This document shows, piece after piece, positions 48,222 to 57,289 of a DNA stretch of 64,000 bases. The translations under genes were made by a program, and so were the position numbers. The DNA is taken from the IMG/VR virus record IMGVR_UViG_3300025137_000018, positions 1 through 64,000 of that record; one strand, written 5' to 3'. Position 1 is the first letter of the stretch. Each line of letters opens with the position of its first letter. The notes below the pieces were generated by a model. The model worked only from the letters and a program-made list of their open reading frames with translations, was not told the DNA's origin and ran no database searches. This DNA is from a virus.

Positions 48222-49560
48222 TGATGAGTTATTCTGCCGTAGGGTAATACCATTTTTAAAGAAGGAATATTTTGAAGGCGAACACCGAGTAGTATTTGAT
48301 CTTATAGTAGATTTTGTAAGTAATCATAATAAATTACCTACAAGTAAAATATTAGAAATTGAATTAACTGGTGTACAAGCACCAGATGATTTACTCAATA
48401 GATCATCACACTTAATCACAGAAATTAAAGAAAGATCTGACATTGAAACAGAATGGCTAATTAAAGAATCAGAAAAGTGGTGTCAAGAAAAAGCAATCTA
48501 TGGTGCAATCATGGATTCCATTCAAATCATCGATGGTAAAAAACCAGAGTTACAAGCAGGTGCAATACCTGATATTTTATCTCAAGCATTAGGCGTATCA
48601 TTCGATCAAGATATCGGTCACGATTATATTGATAATTCAGAAGACCGTTATGAGTTTTACAATAAAGTCGAAGAGCGTATACCATTTGATCTAGGTTACT
48701 TTAACAAAATTACCAAAGGTGGTTTACCAAAGAAAAGTTTAAACATATGCCTTGCTGGTACTGGTGTAGGTAAATCACTCTTTATGTGTCATTGCTCAGC
48801 AGCTAATATTTCTGAAGGAAAGAACGTATTGTACATTACAATGGAAATGGCTGAAGAAAGAATTGCTGAAAGGGTCGATGCTAATTTAATGAATTTTCCA
48901 ATAGAACAATTGGATACTTTACCACAGAATGTATTTAATCAAAAGATTGAAAAGATTGCAAAGGGACACATTGGTAAATTAATCGTAAAAGAATATCCTA
49001 CAGGTGCAGCACATGTTGGCCATTTTAGAGCATTGTTAAACGAATTAAAGCTTAAAAAGAACTTCCGTCCCGATATAATCTATATTGATTATTTGAATAT
49101 TTGTGCCTCTTCTCGTATGAAAGGCCTTGGTGGAAACATAAATACTTATTCATACATTAAAGCAATCGCTGAAGAGCTGAGAGGTTTAGCAGTAGAGTTT
49201 AATGTACCAATCGTGAGTGCGACTCAAACCACGAGATCTGGCTTCAGTAATACTGATGTTGGATTAGAAGATACTTCGGAATCATTCGGTCTACCAGCAA
49301 CGGCTGATTTAATGTTTGCGTTAATATCAACAGAGGAGCTTGAAGAGTTAGGACAAATACTCGTTAAGCAATTGAAAAATCGTTATAATGATCCAACAAA
49401 GTATAAACGCTTTGTTATTGGGGTCGATAGATCTCGTATGAAACTTTATGACGTAGAGGAGGAAGCACAAACTGATATTATGTCAGATATGGTTCCTGAT
49501 AAACCAATAAACAAATTCGGGGAATCTGAAGGCAAAGATTTTTCAGAGTTTAAAATATAG
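48172..49560 (+). CDS. gp41: Replicative helicase gp41
   Basis: AGTGVGKSL, YITMEMAEE, IDYLNIC, SATQTTR, SESFGLPATAD, KQLKNRY. Confidence 0.97.
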   Translation: MDISTQIPTHVLNHLLNDELFCRRVIPFLKKEYFEGEHRVVFDLIVDFVSNHNKLPTSKILEIELTGVQAPDDLLNRSSHLITEIKERSDIETEWLIKESEKWCQEKAIYGAIMDSIQIIDGKKPELQAGAIPDILSQALGVSFDQDIGHDYIDNSEDRYEFYNKVEERIPFDLGYFNKITKGGLPKKSLNICLAGTGVGKSLFMCHCSAANISEGKNVLYITMEMAEERIAERVDANLMNFPIEQLDTLPQNVFNQKIEKIAKGHIGKLIVKEYPTGAAHVGHFRALLNELKLKKNFRPDIIYIDYLNICASSRMKGLGGNINTYSYIKAIAEELRGLAVEFNVPIVSATQTTRSGFSNTDVGLEDTSESFGLPATADLMFALISTEELEELGQILVKQLKNRYNDPTKYKRFVIGVDRSRMKLYDVEEEAQTDIMSDMVPDKPINKFGESEGKDFSEFKI

Positions 49561-49571
49561 AGGAAAAATAT

Positions 49572-49748
49572 ATGTTAAATACAATTAAAACTTACGTAAG
49601 TGCAAGACTTGGGGAAAGAACTACTTGGGACGGAACTACACTATGTGTTGTTTGTGGATCAGTAATCCTATTCGGCGGAGTTGCTAAATTACTAGCATGG
49701 GCTGGATTTGCATGGGGTGTATATACTTTAGTTAAGAAAGAATCTTAA
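49572..49748 (+). CDS. 58 aa two-TM membrane protein; not in the ORF track
   Basis: MLNTIKTYVSARLGERTTWDGTTLCVVCGSVILFGGVAKLLAWAGFAWGVYTLVKKES; GAGGA SD. Confidence 0.7.
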   Translation: MLNTIKTYVSARLGERTTWDGTTLCVVCGSVILFGGVAKLLAWAGFAWGVYTLVKKES

Positions 49749-49758
49749 AGAAATAAAC

Positions 49759-49878
49759 ATGAACGTGAGTCTTATATCATATTCGCAACCCTCAGAGGAC
49801 CTCGCCCCGACAAAGGGCGGGGATCTTCTTCAATTAAAACCATTCTCTTATACCGAAACTCTTCGGAGTGATACTTAG
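49759..49878 (+). pseudogene. Truncated thyX-like N-terminal stub
   Basis: MNVSLISYSQPSEDLAPTKGGDLLQL resembles phage ThyX starts, but stops in the promoter repeat before any ARVS motif. Confidence 0.5.
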
Positions 49879-49940
49879 GCTAATTATTTTGCAAATAAAT
49901 GCAGAAAACCCTGTACAATTGAGTCTGGACATGGTATAAT
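49867..49940 (+). promoter_or_regulatory. Early promoter with conserved upstream element (copy 3)
   Basis: AGTGATACTTAGGCTAATTATTTTGCAAATAAATGCAGAAAACCCTGTACA-N14-TGGTATAAT. Confidence 0.88.
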
Positions 49941-49971
49941 ATACCTATATTAAATGATAAGGAATCAAATT

Positions 49972-50316
49972 ATGAAGAACAAATTTCACGAACAGAACGT
50001 CAGCGAACTAAGCGGATACCTCAGCAGAATCAAAGCTGATTACCACAGATGGCAAGATAGAAGCCTTAACGGGTGTACCAAAATCAAAGACCAAATGTTT
50101 GACGATTTTTGTGAAAACTTATCTTACACTGTAGGAAGAAACTATATTAAAGTTATGGCTGGCAATTCATGCCATTCATTCATCGTAGCTAAACCTACTA
50201 AAGGATTTAAAGAAGGTGATATATTAATGGCTAAATCATGGAAAGCACCGGCCACTAACTTTGCAAGAGGAAACCTCTTCGAAGATTATACAATCAGATG
50301 GACAGGAGCTCTATAA
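49972..50316 (+). CDS. Conserved early hypothetical protein
   Basis: GRNYIKV...HSFIV...GDILMAKSWKAPA.N.ARGN motif; ATG 49972 with AAGGA SD. Confidence 0.75.
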   Translation: MKNKFHEQNVSELSGYLSRIKADYHRWQDRSLNGCTKIKDQMFDDFCENLSYTVGRNYIKVMAGNSCHSFIVAKPTKGFKEGDILMAKSWKAPATNFARGNLFEDYTIRWTGAL

Positions 50317-50507
50317 TGAATTTAGAACAAACAATTAAACTACTAGCTGAAACAGCAGTAGTAGACGGAAAGCAAGTACTTACAGAAGATCAGATAAGAT
50401 CTATGGTAGGTGCACCAACGCTGGAAGAATCTATAACTTGCATATGCGGTAAAAAATTATCAGAAAATAATGATGACTGCTATGACCACATGACAAACGG
50501 AGTATAA
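50298..50507 (+). CDS. Small hypothetical protein with CxC...C..H cluster
   Basis: ORF track; probable start at MNLEQ. Confidence 0.6.
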   Translation: MDRSSIMNLEQTIKLLAETAVVDGKQVLTEDQIRSMVGAPTLEESITCICGKKLSENNDDCYDHMTNGV

Positions 50508-50508
50508 T

Positions 50509-50841
50509 ATGAGTAGAACTAATTCTTATGTAATGACAGCACATGTTAAATCAGCTGGAGACATGCTTGAACTTCAAACAGTAAGAAATGCTGTTAAGAC
50601 TATTAATAAGATGGCTAGACAAACTGATAAAATAAATCAATATCGATATGAGTCAGGTTGGAATGATGTTTCAAAACCTTTAACTCCAAAGTATCGTGTT
50701 AATGTTATGCCAAGAGGACCAAGAACAGCTGCAGCAATTGCTGACGGTAGGCATCCAAGAGCTTATGATTCTACTCTTCCAATACGTCATGCTGAAAGAC
50801 TTGATGTATATATTCATAGACGTGAAGAGAGTTATTGCTAA
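50509..50841 (+). CDS. Hypothetical early protein
   Basis: 110 aa, GGAG SD. Confidence 0.7.
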   Translation: MSRTNSYVMTAHVKSAGDMLELQTVRNAVKTINKMARQTDKINQYRYESGWNDVSKPLTPKYRVNVMPRGPRTAAAIADGRHPRAYDSTLPIRHAERLDVYIHRREESYC

Positions 50842-51059
50842 TGTTAAGAGCCTTTAAAGAAATAACTAATTGGGATGACGTAGGATATAAAGTTCCTAAT
50901 CATACTTACATTTTAAATGAACAAGGCCAATGTGTTGGGTTTAGAGCTACTGGAACTAAAAAATATACTCAATTTAAATCACCTATGAAGCAATTTTCAA
51001 AATCTCGTAGAAAGTTTATTGAGCTCAAACCAGCAGAAAAATATATGAGGACTGGATAA
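50835..51059 (+). CDS. Hypothetical early protein
   Basis: EITNWD...PNHTY...FSKSRRKF; tightly packed with neighbours. Confidence 0.7.
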   Translation: MLMLRAFKEITNWDDVGYKVPNHTYILNEQGQCVGFRATGTKKYTQFKSPMKQFSKSRRKFIELKPAEKYMRTG

Positions 51060-51214
51060 TGGAACGTTGGAAGAGCTGGAAAGTTATTGCAGTAGATGAA
51101 CATAATAATTTAGTAGCAGAATATGTATTTGCTATTGAAGAAGAAGCTTTAGCCTTCTATACTGATATGCTAAATAAAGATTACGAAACAGTATGCTTTA
51201 AGGTTGAAATATAA
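51059..51214 (+). CDS. 51 aa hypothetical protein; not in the ORF track
   Basis: MERWKSWKVIAVDEHNNLVAEYVF...; TAATG coupling on both sides. Confidence 0.6.
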   Translation: MERWKSWKVIAVDEHNNLVAEYVFAIEEEALAFYTDMLNKDYETVCFKVEI

Positions 51215-51378
51215 TGGAATACGTATTCTTTATTTTAATCATTGGTGTAGGTTGGTCTTCTTATAAGATTGGAATACGTGAAGGTTCTGAAAAAATGATT
51301 GATAAACTTCACGAAATTGGTGTTATTACATACGACGAAAAGGGAAGAATTAAACCAAATCCATTTTTTGGCGACTAA
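51214..51378 (+). CDS. 54 aa N-terminal-TM protein; not in the ORF track
   Basis: MEYVFFILIIGVGWSSYKIGIREG...; TAATG coupling. Confidence 0.6.
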   Translation: MEYVFFILIIGVGWSSYKIGIREGSEKMIDKLHEIGVITYDEKGRIKPNPFFGD

Positions 51379-51383
51379 TAACT

Positions 51384-51391
51384 TATAAATA
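51384..51391 (+). promoter_or_regulatory. Late promoter TATAAATA heading the internal-protein-like cluster
   Basis: Exact consensus in the intergenic gap. Confidence 0.8.
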
Positions 51392-51417
51392 GAATTGTAT
51401 TTTATACAGGAGATTTT

Positions 51418-52806
51418 ATGAAGAAGTTCATACATAGTTTTAAAGATGGATTTACCGAAGTTAGAGAAGGCGTTGCCTTAAGTCAATCTGAGTTACAAAA
51501 AAATAATAGTAATAGCGGTGAAGCTAGAATAGATATTCTTAAAAAACTCATTAAAAATCGTGATCCAATTCAATTATTAAAAGGCGGTACAGCAATTGTA
51601 ACCGACATTGAAGACGCTCTCCAAAAATTAAATGCATTCGAAAAAGCACCATCTAACATTTCATTTGTTTTTGGCGGTAAAATGATTCCACTATCTCAAC
51701 TTAAAAAGTCAGAGGTATTTGGTGGAGGAGCATCTGGGGCAGGTTCTGGTACTAAAGATACTGCTAGAAACGAATGTCATCAAGCTGTAATGTGCCAAGC
51801 AATGCTTGACCATGGGTTACAAGCTGAAGAATTTTTTACTCAAGATATTCTTAAAGAAGCATACAGAAAGGTAAAAGTAGACGTTGATTTAAAGACTATA
51901 CTTTCATCACCAGATGCTTGGGTATCGTCATCATATAATATTGCAAAAATGATGATTAAGGAAGGTTATATTAATAAAAGTATGACATTCCATAGAGGCG
52001 ATGCTAAGATGATTAAGATATATGCACTTAAAAATCAAGCATATAAAAACAATGGATTTAAACCTTTAAAGGACGATAAATGGAACCCAGGCGATATGTG
52101 GGCGTTATCAACAGATTTTAATATTGATAAAGAACTACCAACATCATCAGTTGGAGCTCTAAATAAAGCAATATTAAAACACTTTAATGACAGAAGATTA
52201 GTTGGTATATCACTTAAAGGGCCAATGACAAAGTTTCCTACTCCATTAAAAGAATATAATAATGAGTATCCACCTGACACAGATAACCATAAACTAAAAA
52301 AGGTCGCCTTAGAATCAGGCAGAGGAAGCTTTTGGTCATCAAAGAGTGCAACTATTGAGTACGATACAGGTGCATTAAACCTTAAGGATAACGCTAATGG
52401 TGAAGCAGTAAAGGCTGAAATCAAAGGAAGTAAAGCAAGAGGCGGTGGATTATCGTGGGGTGTTATTCAAGAGTTTATAAAACGTGAAACTGGTAAAATA
52501 ATACCTGGTCATGCTAAAGGCGTTAAGAAAATAGCACAAAAGATTAAAAAGGGAGATAAAAGATCTATTAAAATATTCTATACAATGTTTAAATACTTTT
52601 ATCCAAATGTTACTGATAAAGAATTTTTCGCAGAATTAGATCAAAAAGATTGGTTCTGGGTATCTGCTAAACTTGGTTCATTATATGTATGTTACTATAT
52701 TGATACTAATACTGGAAAAAAGGCTAATGCAGTTGTAACTCAATTTGTGAATTACGCTGGATCCTCAACACTAGATTCAAGTACATACGTTAAATTAGGA
52801 AAATAG
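51418..52806 (+). CDS. Large late protein, possible PD-(D/E)xK nuclease-like fold
   Basis: RNEC..., KWNPGDMW, LVGISLK; N-term MKKFIHSFKDGFTEVRE. Confidence 0.55.
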   Translation: MKKFIHSFKDGFTEVREGVALSQSELQKNNSNSGEARIDILKKLIKNRDPIQLLKGGTAIVTDIEDALQKLNAFEKAPSNISFVFGGKMIPLSQLKKSEVFGGGASGAGSGTKDTARNECHQAVMCQAMLDHGLQAEEFFTQDILKEAYRKVKVDVDLKTILSSPDAWVSSSYNIAKMMIKEGYINKSMTFHRGDAKMIKIYALKNQAYKNNGFKPLKDDKWNPGDMWALSTDFNIDKELPTSSVGALNKAILKHFNDRRLVGISLKGPMTKFPTPLKEYNNEYPPDTDNHKLKKVALESGRGSFWSSKSATIEYDTGALNLKDNANGEAVKAEIKGSKARGGGLSWGVIQEFIKRETGKIIPGHAKGVKKIAQKIKKGDKRSIKIFYTMFKYFYPNVTDKEFFAELDQKDWFWVSAKLGSLYVCYYIDTNTGKKANAVVTQFVNYAGSSTLDSSTYVKLGK

Positions 52807-52807
52807 A

Positions 52808-54049
52808 ATGAAGACACTTAAACAAACCTTATCGGAAGCCGCAGGTAAGAACACTCATATGACACATATTGAAGATCTTATTTTGGACGGTGGAGTTAAG
52901 GGAGCACGCCAAGCAATCCTTGCCCTAAGATCACTAAGGGATATGTTAAGCGGTAACGCCAAATCAGCTGTAGACGTTACTGTTAAATGGGACGGTGCTC
53001 CCGCCGTATTTGCTGGTATTGATCCAGGCGATGGAGAATTTTTTGTTGCTAAAAAAGGTATCTTTAATGCAAACCCTAAGGTATATAAATCACATGCTGA
53101 TATTGATGCTGATACTTCAGGCGATTTATCTACAAAATTAAAATTAGCATATGACACTTTTAAAGATCTTGGAATAACTAATGTTATACAAGGTGATTTT
53201 ATGTTTGATAAAAGCGATTTAAAAACAGAAAACATTGGTGGTATAAAACACATAACGTTCCATCCAAATACAATTGTATATGCAGTACCAGTTGGTAGTC
53301 AACTTGCTAAAGATATTACATCTGCAAAGGTTGGAGTAGTATGGCACACAGTTTATACAGGTGCTACATTTGAAACAATGTCAGCTGAGTTCGGAAAAGA
53401 AATAGTACCTAAATTAAAGCCATCTAAAAATGTTTGGATGGTCGATGCAACACTTCCTGATATGTCAGGTACAGCAACATTTACGGCGAAGGAAACTGAA
53501 CAAGTAACTTCACATTTATCTCAAGCAGGTAAAACATTTAAACAAATATCAGGTTCTACATTAAAAGAAATAGAATCTAATAAAGAATTAAACCTTGTGA
53601 TTAATACATTTAATAACACAAAGGTAAGAGCTAACGAAAGAATTAAAGATACTAAAAGACATGTATCAGAATTAATAGTATGGGTTAATAATAGATACCA
53701 AAAGGAAATTGATAAAAGATCATCTCAGAAGGGTAAAGATACTCAAATCGCTAAAAGAAATGAATTATTAAAGTTTTTTAGTAAATCTAATCAAAAAAAC
53801 TTAGAAAAAGTGTTTAATTTACAGAATAATGTGGTGGATGCAAAATTAATTATTATAAATAAACTAAATGGTCTTAACAATATAGGAACGTTCCTTAAGA
53901 CTAAAACCGGATTTAAAGCAACCAACCCAGAAGGTTTTGTTGCAATAGATCGTATGGAAGGTGGCGCGGTCAAGTTAGTTGACAGATTAGAATTCTCAAC
54001 TAATAACTTCGACCCAAATATTATAAAAGGCTGGCAGAATCCAGGCTAA
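52808..54049 (+). CDS. Conserved marine T4-like protein with ligase/nucleotidyltransferase-like motifs
   Basis: KWDG (motif I), QGDF (III), EGFV (IV), VKLV (V); N-term MKTLKQTLSE. Confidence 0.6.
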   Translation: MKTLKQTLSEAAGKNTHMTHIEDLILDGGVKGARQAILALRSLRDMLSGNAKSAVDVTVKWDGAPAVFAGIDPGDGEFFVAKKGIFNANPKVYKSHADIDADTSGDLSTKLKLAYDTFKDLGITNVIQGDFMFDKSDLKTENIGGIKHITFHPNTIVYAVPVGSQLAKDITSAKVGVVWHTVYTGATFETMSAEFGKEIVPKLKPSKNVWMVDATLPDMSGTATFTAKETEQVTSHLSQAGKTFKQISGSTLKEIESNKELNLVINTFNNTKVRANERIKDTKRHVSELIVWVNNRYQKEIDKRSSQKGKDTQIAKRNELLKFFSKSNQKNLEKVFNLQNNVVDAKLIIINKLNGLNNIGTFLKTKTGFKATNPEGFVAIDRMEGGAVKLVDRLEFSTNNFDPNIIKGWQNPG

Positions 54050-54070
54050 TGGGATACTTACCGAGGAAAC

Positions 54071-54457
54071 ATGGAAACTTTTAAAGAGTTCACATCAAAG
54101 AATGAAGCTATGTCTATTGCTACTCGTAATAAGATGAAAGCTTCAGCTCGAAAAAACAAAGCTAAAATTATGCTTGGTAAAAAGAAAGCAGCCAAGAAAT
54201 TAGCATCCCCTGAACAGCTTAAGAAAAGAGCTGAAAAACAAGCCAAAAACCTAATAATTAAAAAGATTCTAAAGAACAAAACTAAAGCTGATTTAGGATT
54301 TGCTCAAAGGGCTTCACTTGAAAAACAAGTAGCCAAAAAGCAAGGTGCAATAAAAAAGATTGCTAAAAAACTATTTCCTGCTGTTAAACAAGCAGATAGA
54401 GATAAGTTAAAAAAACAAAAAGCTGAACAATCAGTATTAGATAAAATGGGGAAGTGA
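54071..54457 (+). CDS. Lysine-rich internal head protein-like
   Basis: N-term METFKEFTS resembles T4 IPI (MKTFKEFTS); very basic. Confidence 0.65.
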   Translation: METFKEFTSKNEAMSIATRNKMKASARKNKAKIMLGKKKAAKKLASPEQLKKRAEKQAKNLIIKKILKNKTKADLGFAQRASLEKQVAKKQGAIKKIAKKLFPAVKQADRDKLKKQKAEQSVLDKMGK

Positions 54458-55410
54458 TGGAAATTAAGTCGTTTAAAAGTTATTTAGTAGAAGATACAAA
54501 GGATATTACCTTTGTGTTTGGTAGGTTTAATCCACCAACTACAGGGCATGAATTATTATTTGATAAATTAAAGAAAGTATCAAAGGGTTCATATAGAATT
54601 TATGCATCACAATCACAAGACGCAAATAAAAATCCGTTCGATTTTAAAACAAAAGTTAAGATATTAAGAAAGATGTTTCCTAAACATGCACGAAGTGTTA
54701 TGGCAGATAAAGGAATAAGAACAGCTATGGACGTAGCAGTATCATTATATGATCAAGGTTACACTAAAGTTTCTATGGTTGCAGGAGATGATCGAGTTAA
54801 AGAATTTGAAATACTATTAAATAAATATAACGGCGTTGATGCAAGACATGGATTCTATCAATTTGAAGGTGGCCTAAAAGTTATTTCTGCAGGCCAAAGA
54901 GATCCAGATTCAGATGATGTATCTGGAATGTCAGCTTCTAAAATGAGAAAAGCAGCTAAGGACAACGATCTTAGTTCATTCTCTAAAGGTGTTCCATCAA
55001 GTTATAAGGATGTACAAGGCCTATTTAATATGTTACGAAAGGCTATGGGATTAAAAGAATCTAATAATTTTAGACAACATATTCAATTAGATCCAGTATC
55101 AGAAACCAGAGAAGAGTATATTGACGGAACTTTATTTGAAGTAGGAGATACAGTAATAGTAAAAGAAACAAATGAACAGGGCGTTATCAAAATGCTTGGT
55201 TCTAACTATGTTACAGTTCAACTTGAATCTGGAACTAAAAGAGTATGGCTTGACGATATTGCATTAGTTGAAAATTGTGGTGGAGTTGGAGAAGACAAAG
55301 TTACTCAAAAATACCAAAAGATAACTCCAAACGAAAAAGTTTCAAAGAAAAAGAAAAAGAAAAACGGAATGACACAATTAACATTTAGGGATTTTAAAGA
55401 TGAACTTTAA
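54454..55410 (+). CDS. HxGH-family nucleotidyltransferase (cytidyltransferase-like)
   Basis: FGRFNPPTTGH, KNP, VAGDDR, MSASKMR. Confidence 0.85.
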   Translation: MMEIKSFKSYLVEDTKDITFVFGRFNPPTTGHELLFDKLKKVSKGSYRIYASQSQDANKNPFDFKTKVKILRKMFPKHARSVMADKGIRTAMDVAVSLYDQGYTKVSMVAGDDRVKEFEILLNKYNGVDARHGFYQFEGGLKVISAGQRDPDSDDVSGMSASKMRKAAKDNDLSSFSKGVPSSYKDVQGLFNMLRKAMGLKESNNFRQHIQLDPVSETREEYIDGTLFEVGDTVIVKETNEQGVIKMLGSNYVTVQLESGTKRVWLDDIALVENCGGVGEDKVTQKYQKITPNEKVSKKKKKKNGMTQLTFRDFKDEL

Positions 55411-55696
55411 ACAATTAAGATCTAGGTTATTGGAAGGAACAATGGAATTTGGTATATTTTCTGATAATCCAGATGAGGCCGAAAAAATAGCACAACAGCT
55501 TGTAATGTTCATGCGAAAAAGCAAAGATATAGTAGTAGGAGACGATAAATCACAAGCCTATTTAGATACTATTGCAGGGTTCATTTACGATGATGAATTA
55601 CTAGATGATTTACATCCAGAAACTGGAAAAGTCGGTAAGGATGCAAATGATATTGTCGTAGCAAGACTAAAAAAACTAGGGGTTAACATACACTAA
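55400..55696 (+). CDS. Hypothetical late protein
   Basis: MNFKQLRSRLLE start; DDELLDDL. Confidence 0.7.
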   Translation: MNFKQLRSRLLEGTMEFGIFSDNPDEAEKIAQQLVMFMRKSKDIVVGDDKSQAYLDTIAGFIYDDELLDDLHPETGKVGKDANDIVVARLKKLGVNIH

Positions 55697-56163
55697 TGAA
55701 AGATTTTAAAGCGTTTTTTAACGAAGCTGAAGATAAAGATATTGGAGACCGTAAAGGAAGCCAACCTAAAGCATACTATGCTAAAGATGCTAAAGGCGAT
55801 GAAATGGCTAAGTCTACCAAGCAAAAGAGGGCAGCTCATTTTAAGAAAAAATCTAGTAAGCCAGCTCCAGGTGATAAATCTGCAGAAACAAAACCTTCAC
55901 AACATACTAAGAAATTTAAAGATATGTTCGGTGAAGCTTCAGCACCTGACAAAGCTCTTAAAAATAAAGCTGATAAGTCAGGTATGCCATTAGGTATATT
56001 AAAGCAAGTATTTAATAGAGGAGTTGCAGCTTGGAAAACGGGACATAGGCCTGGAACAACTGCAGTTCAATGGGGATTAGCAAGAGTTAATTCATTCGTA
56101 ACAAAGTCAAGTGGAACTTGGGGTAAAGCTGATAAAGATTTGGCTGCCAAGGTTAGAGGGTAA
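55696..56163 (+). CDS. Conserved basic phage protein
   Basis: TKPSQHT, RGVAAWKTGHRPG...QWGLARVNSF. Confidence 0.75.
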   Translation: MKDFKAFFNEAEDKDIGDRKGSQPKAYYAKDAKGDEMAKSTKQKRAAHFKKKSSKPAPGDKSAETKPSQHTKKFKDMFGEASAPDKALKNKADKSGMPLGILKQVFNRGVAAWKTGHRPGTTAVQWGLARVNSFVTKSSGTWGKADKDLAAKVRG

Positions 56164-56164
56164 T

Positions 56165-56401
56165 ATGAAAACTTTTAAAGAAAAATCTAATCTTGACGAA
56201 GCGCCATTAGTGATGTCTGATATGGATATGATTGATACACTGTTTAACAAAATAAAAAGTGATATGATGAAAGCCAAAAGAAAAAACCAAGGTGAAAAAA
56301 ACTGGCCAGCGTTACAACAACTAGCAAAAATGGCTGGATATGGTATTACTAAATCAGGCCAAGCTAAAGATAAATCATTTAGGTACGATCTTAAAAAATG
56401 A
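56165..56401 (+). CDS. Small late protein
   Basis: Start MKTFKEKSNLDE at 56165 after AGAGGG. Confidence 0.7.
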   Translation: MKTFKEKSNLDEAPLVMSDMDMIDTLFNKIKSDMMKAKRKNQGEKNWPALQQLAKMAGYGITKSGQAKDKSFRYDLKK

Positions 56402-56628
56402 AAACATTTAAAGAACTCAGAGAAAAGAAAAGCGAATCTTGGGAAGCAGGATATAAAAGAAGAGTTGTAAAAACAACTAAGCCTGAGCACAAAGAAAAAG
56501 GTTATGAATGGAGAATTAAAGGTAAAGAAAAAGATCATTTATCTATTAAGTTATATAAGACTAAACCATCACAATCAGAATTTAATAAGCAAATGAAAAG
56601 AGTTGCAGGCCATGAGTTCGGTGGATAG
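56398..56628 (+). CDS. Small basic late protein
   Basis: MKTFKELRE start. Confidence 0.7.
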   Translation: MKTFKELREKKSESWEAGYKRRVVKTTKPEHKEKGYEWRIKGKEKDHLSIKLYKTKPSQSEFNKQMKRVAGHEFGG

Positions 56629-57289
56629 TTTTAAAGAACATTATAATATTATGGAAGGTATTAATGATCCTTCTATTTTTAAAGCAGTATTCCTAGCAGG
56701 TGGTCCAGGTTCTGGAAAATCATTTGTTGTAGGTAAAACATCATTAGCGTCATTAGGGTTTAAACTTATAAACACAGATACTAATTATGAAAATGCTCTT
56801 AAAAAGGCTGGACTTACAATGGAGCCAGAATCTATATTTTCTGCTCAAGGCCAAGCATTAAGAGATAAAGCTAAAGCTCTTACTGGTAAACAGTTAACTT
56901 TAGCATTAAAGGGAAGATTAGGAGTAGTTATAGATGGAACTGGTAAAGATTACGCTAAAATAAAAGCTAATGTTGATCAGTTTAGATCTATAGGATACGC
57001 TGTACATATGATATTTGTTAATACTGATTTAGAAACTGCATTAATAAGAAATAATAGCAGAGAAAGAGTATTACCAGATGATCAAGTAGAAAAAATGTGG
57101 AAATCAGTACAGAAAAATATTGGTAAATTCCAAGGGCTTTTTCGTAATAGAATGACAGTAATAGATAACTCAACGGATGCAGATATTAACACATCCACCT
57201 TAGAGGCTTATAAGAATATACAACAGTGGGCTAAGAAACCACCAGAAAATTCATTAGCAGTTAAGTGGATAAATGGACAAAAAAAATGA
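56621..57289 (+). CDS. P-loop kinase (zeta-toxin/AAA_33-like)
   Basis: LAGGPGSGKS, VIDGTG, RNNSRER; probable GTG start at 56621. Confidence 0.8.
   Translation: MDSFKEHYNIMEGINDPSIFKAVFLAGGPGSGKSFVVGKTSLASLGFKLINTDTNYENALKKAGLTMEPESIFSAQGQALRDKAKALTGKQLTLALKGRLGVVIDGTGKDYAKIKANVDQFRSIGYAVHMIFVNTDLETALIRNNSRERVLPDDQVEKMWKSVQKNIGKFQGLFRNRMTVIDNSTDADINTSTLEAYKNIQQWAKKPPENSLAVKWINGQKK

Noticed and set aside
49799-49832. tRNA or terminator at the GC-rich hairpin CGCCC-CGACAAA-GGGCG
   Set aside because: No cloverleaf or T-loop, a weak U tract, and it lies inside the thyX-like stub. No tRNA genes were recognised anywhere in the window.
56621-57289. Zeta/epsilon toxin-antitoxin system
   Set aside because: Only a generic P-loop kinase signature is visible, there is no recognisable antitoxin, and the context is a late virion-associated cluster.
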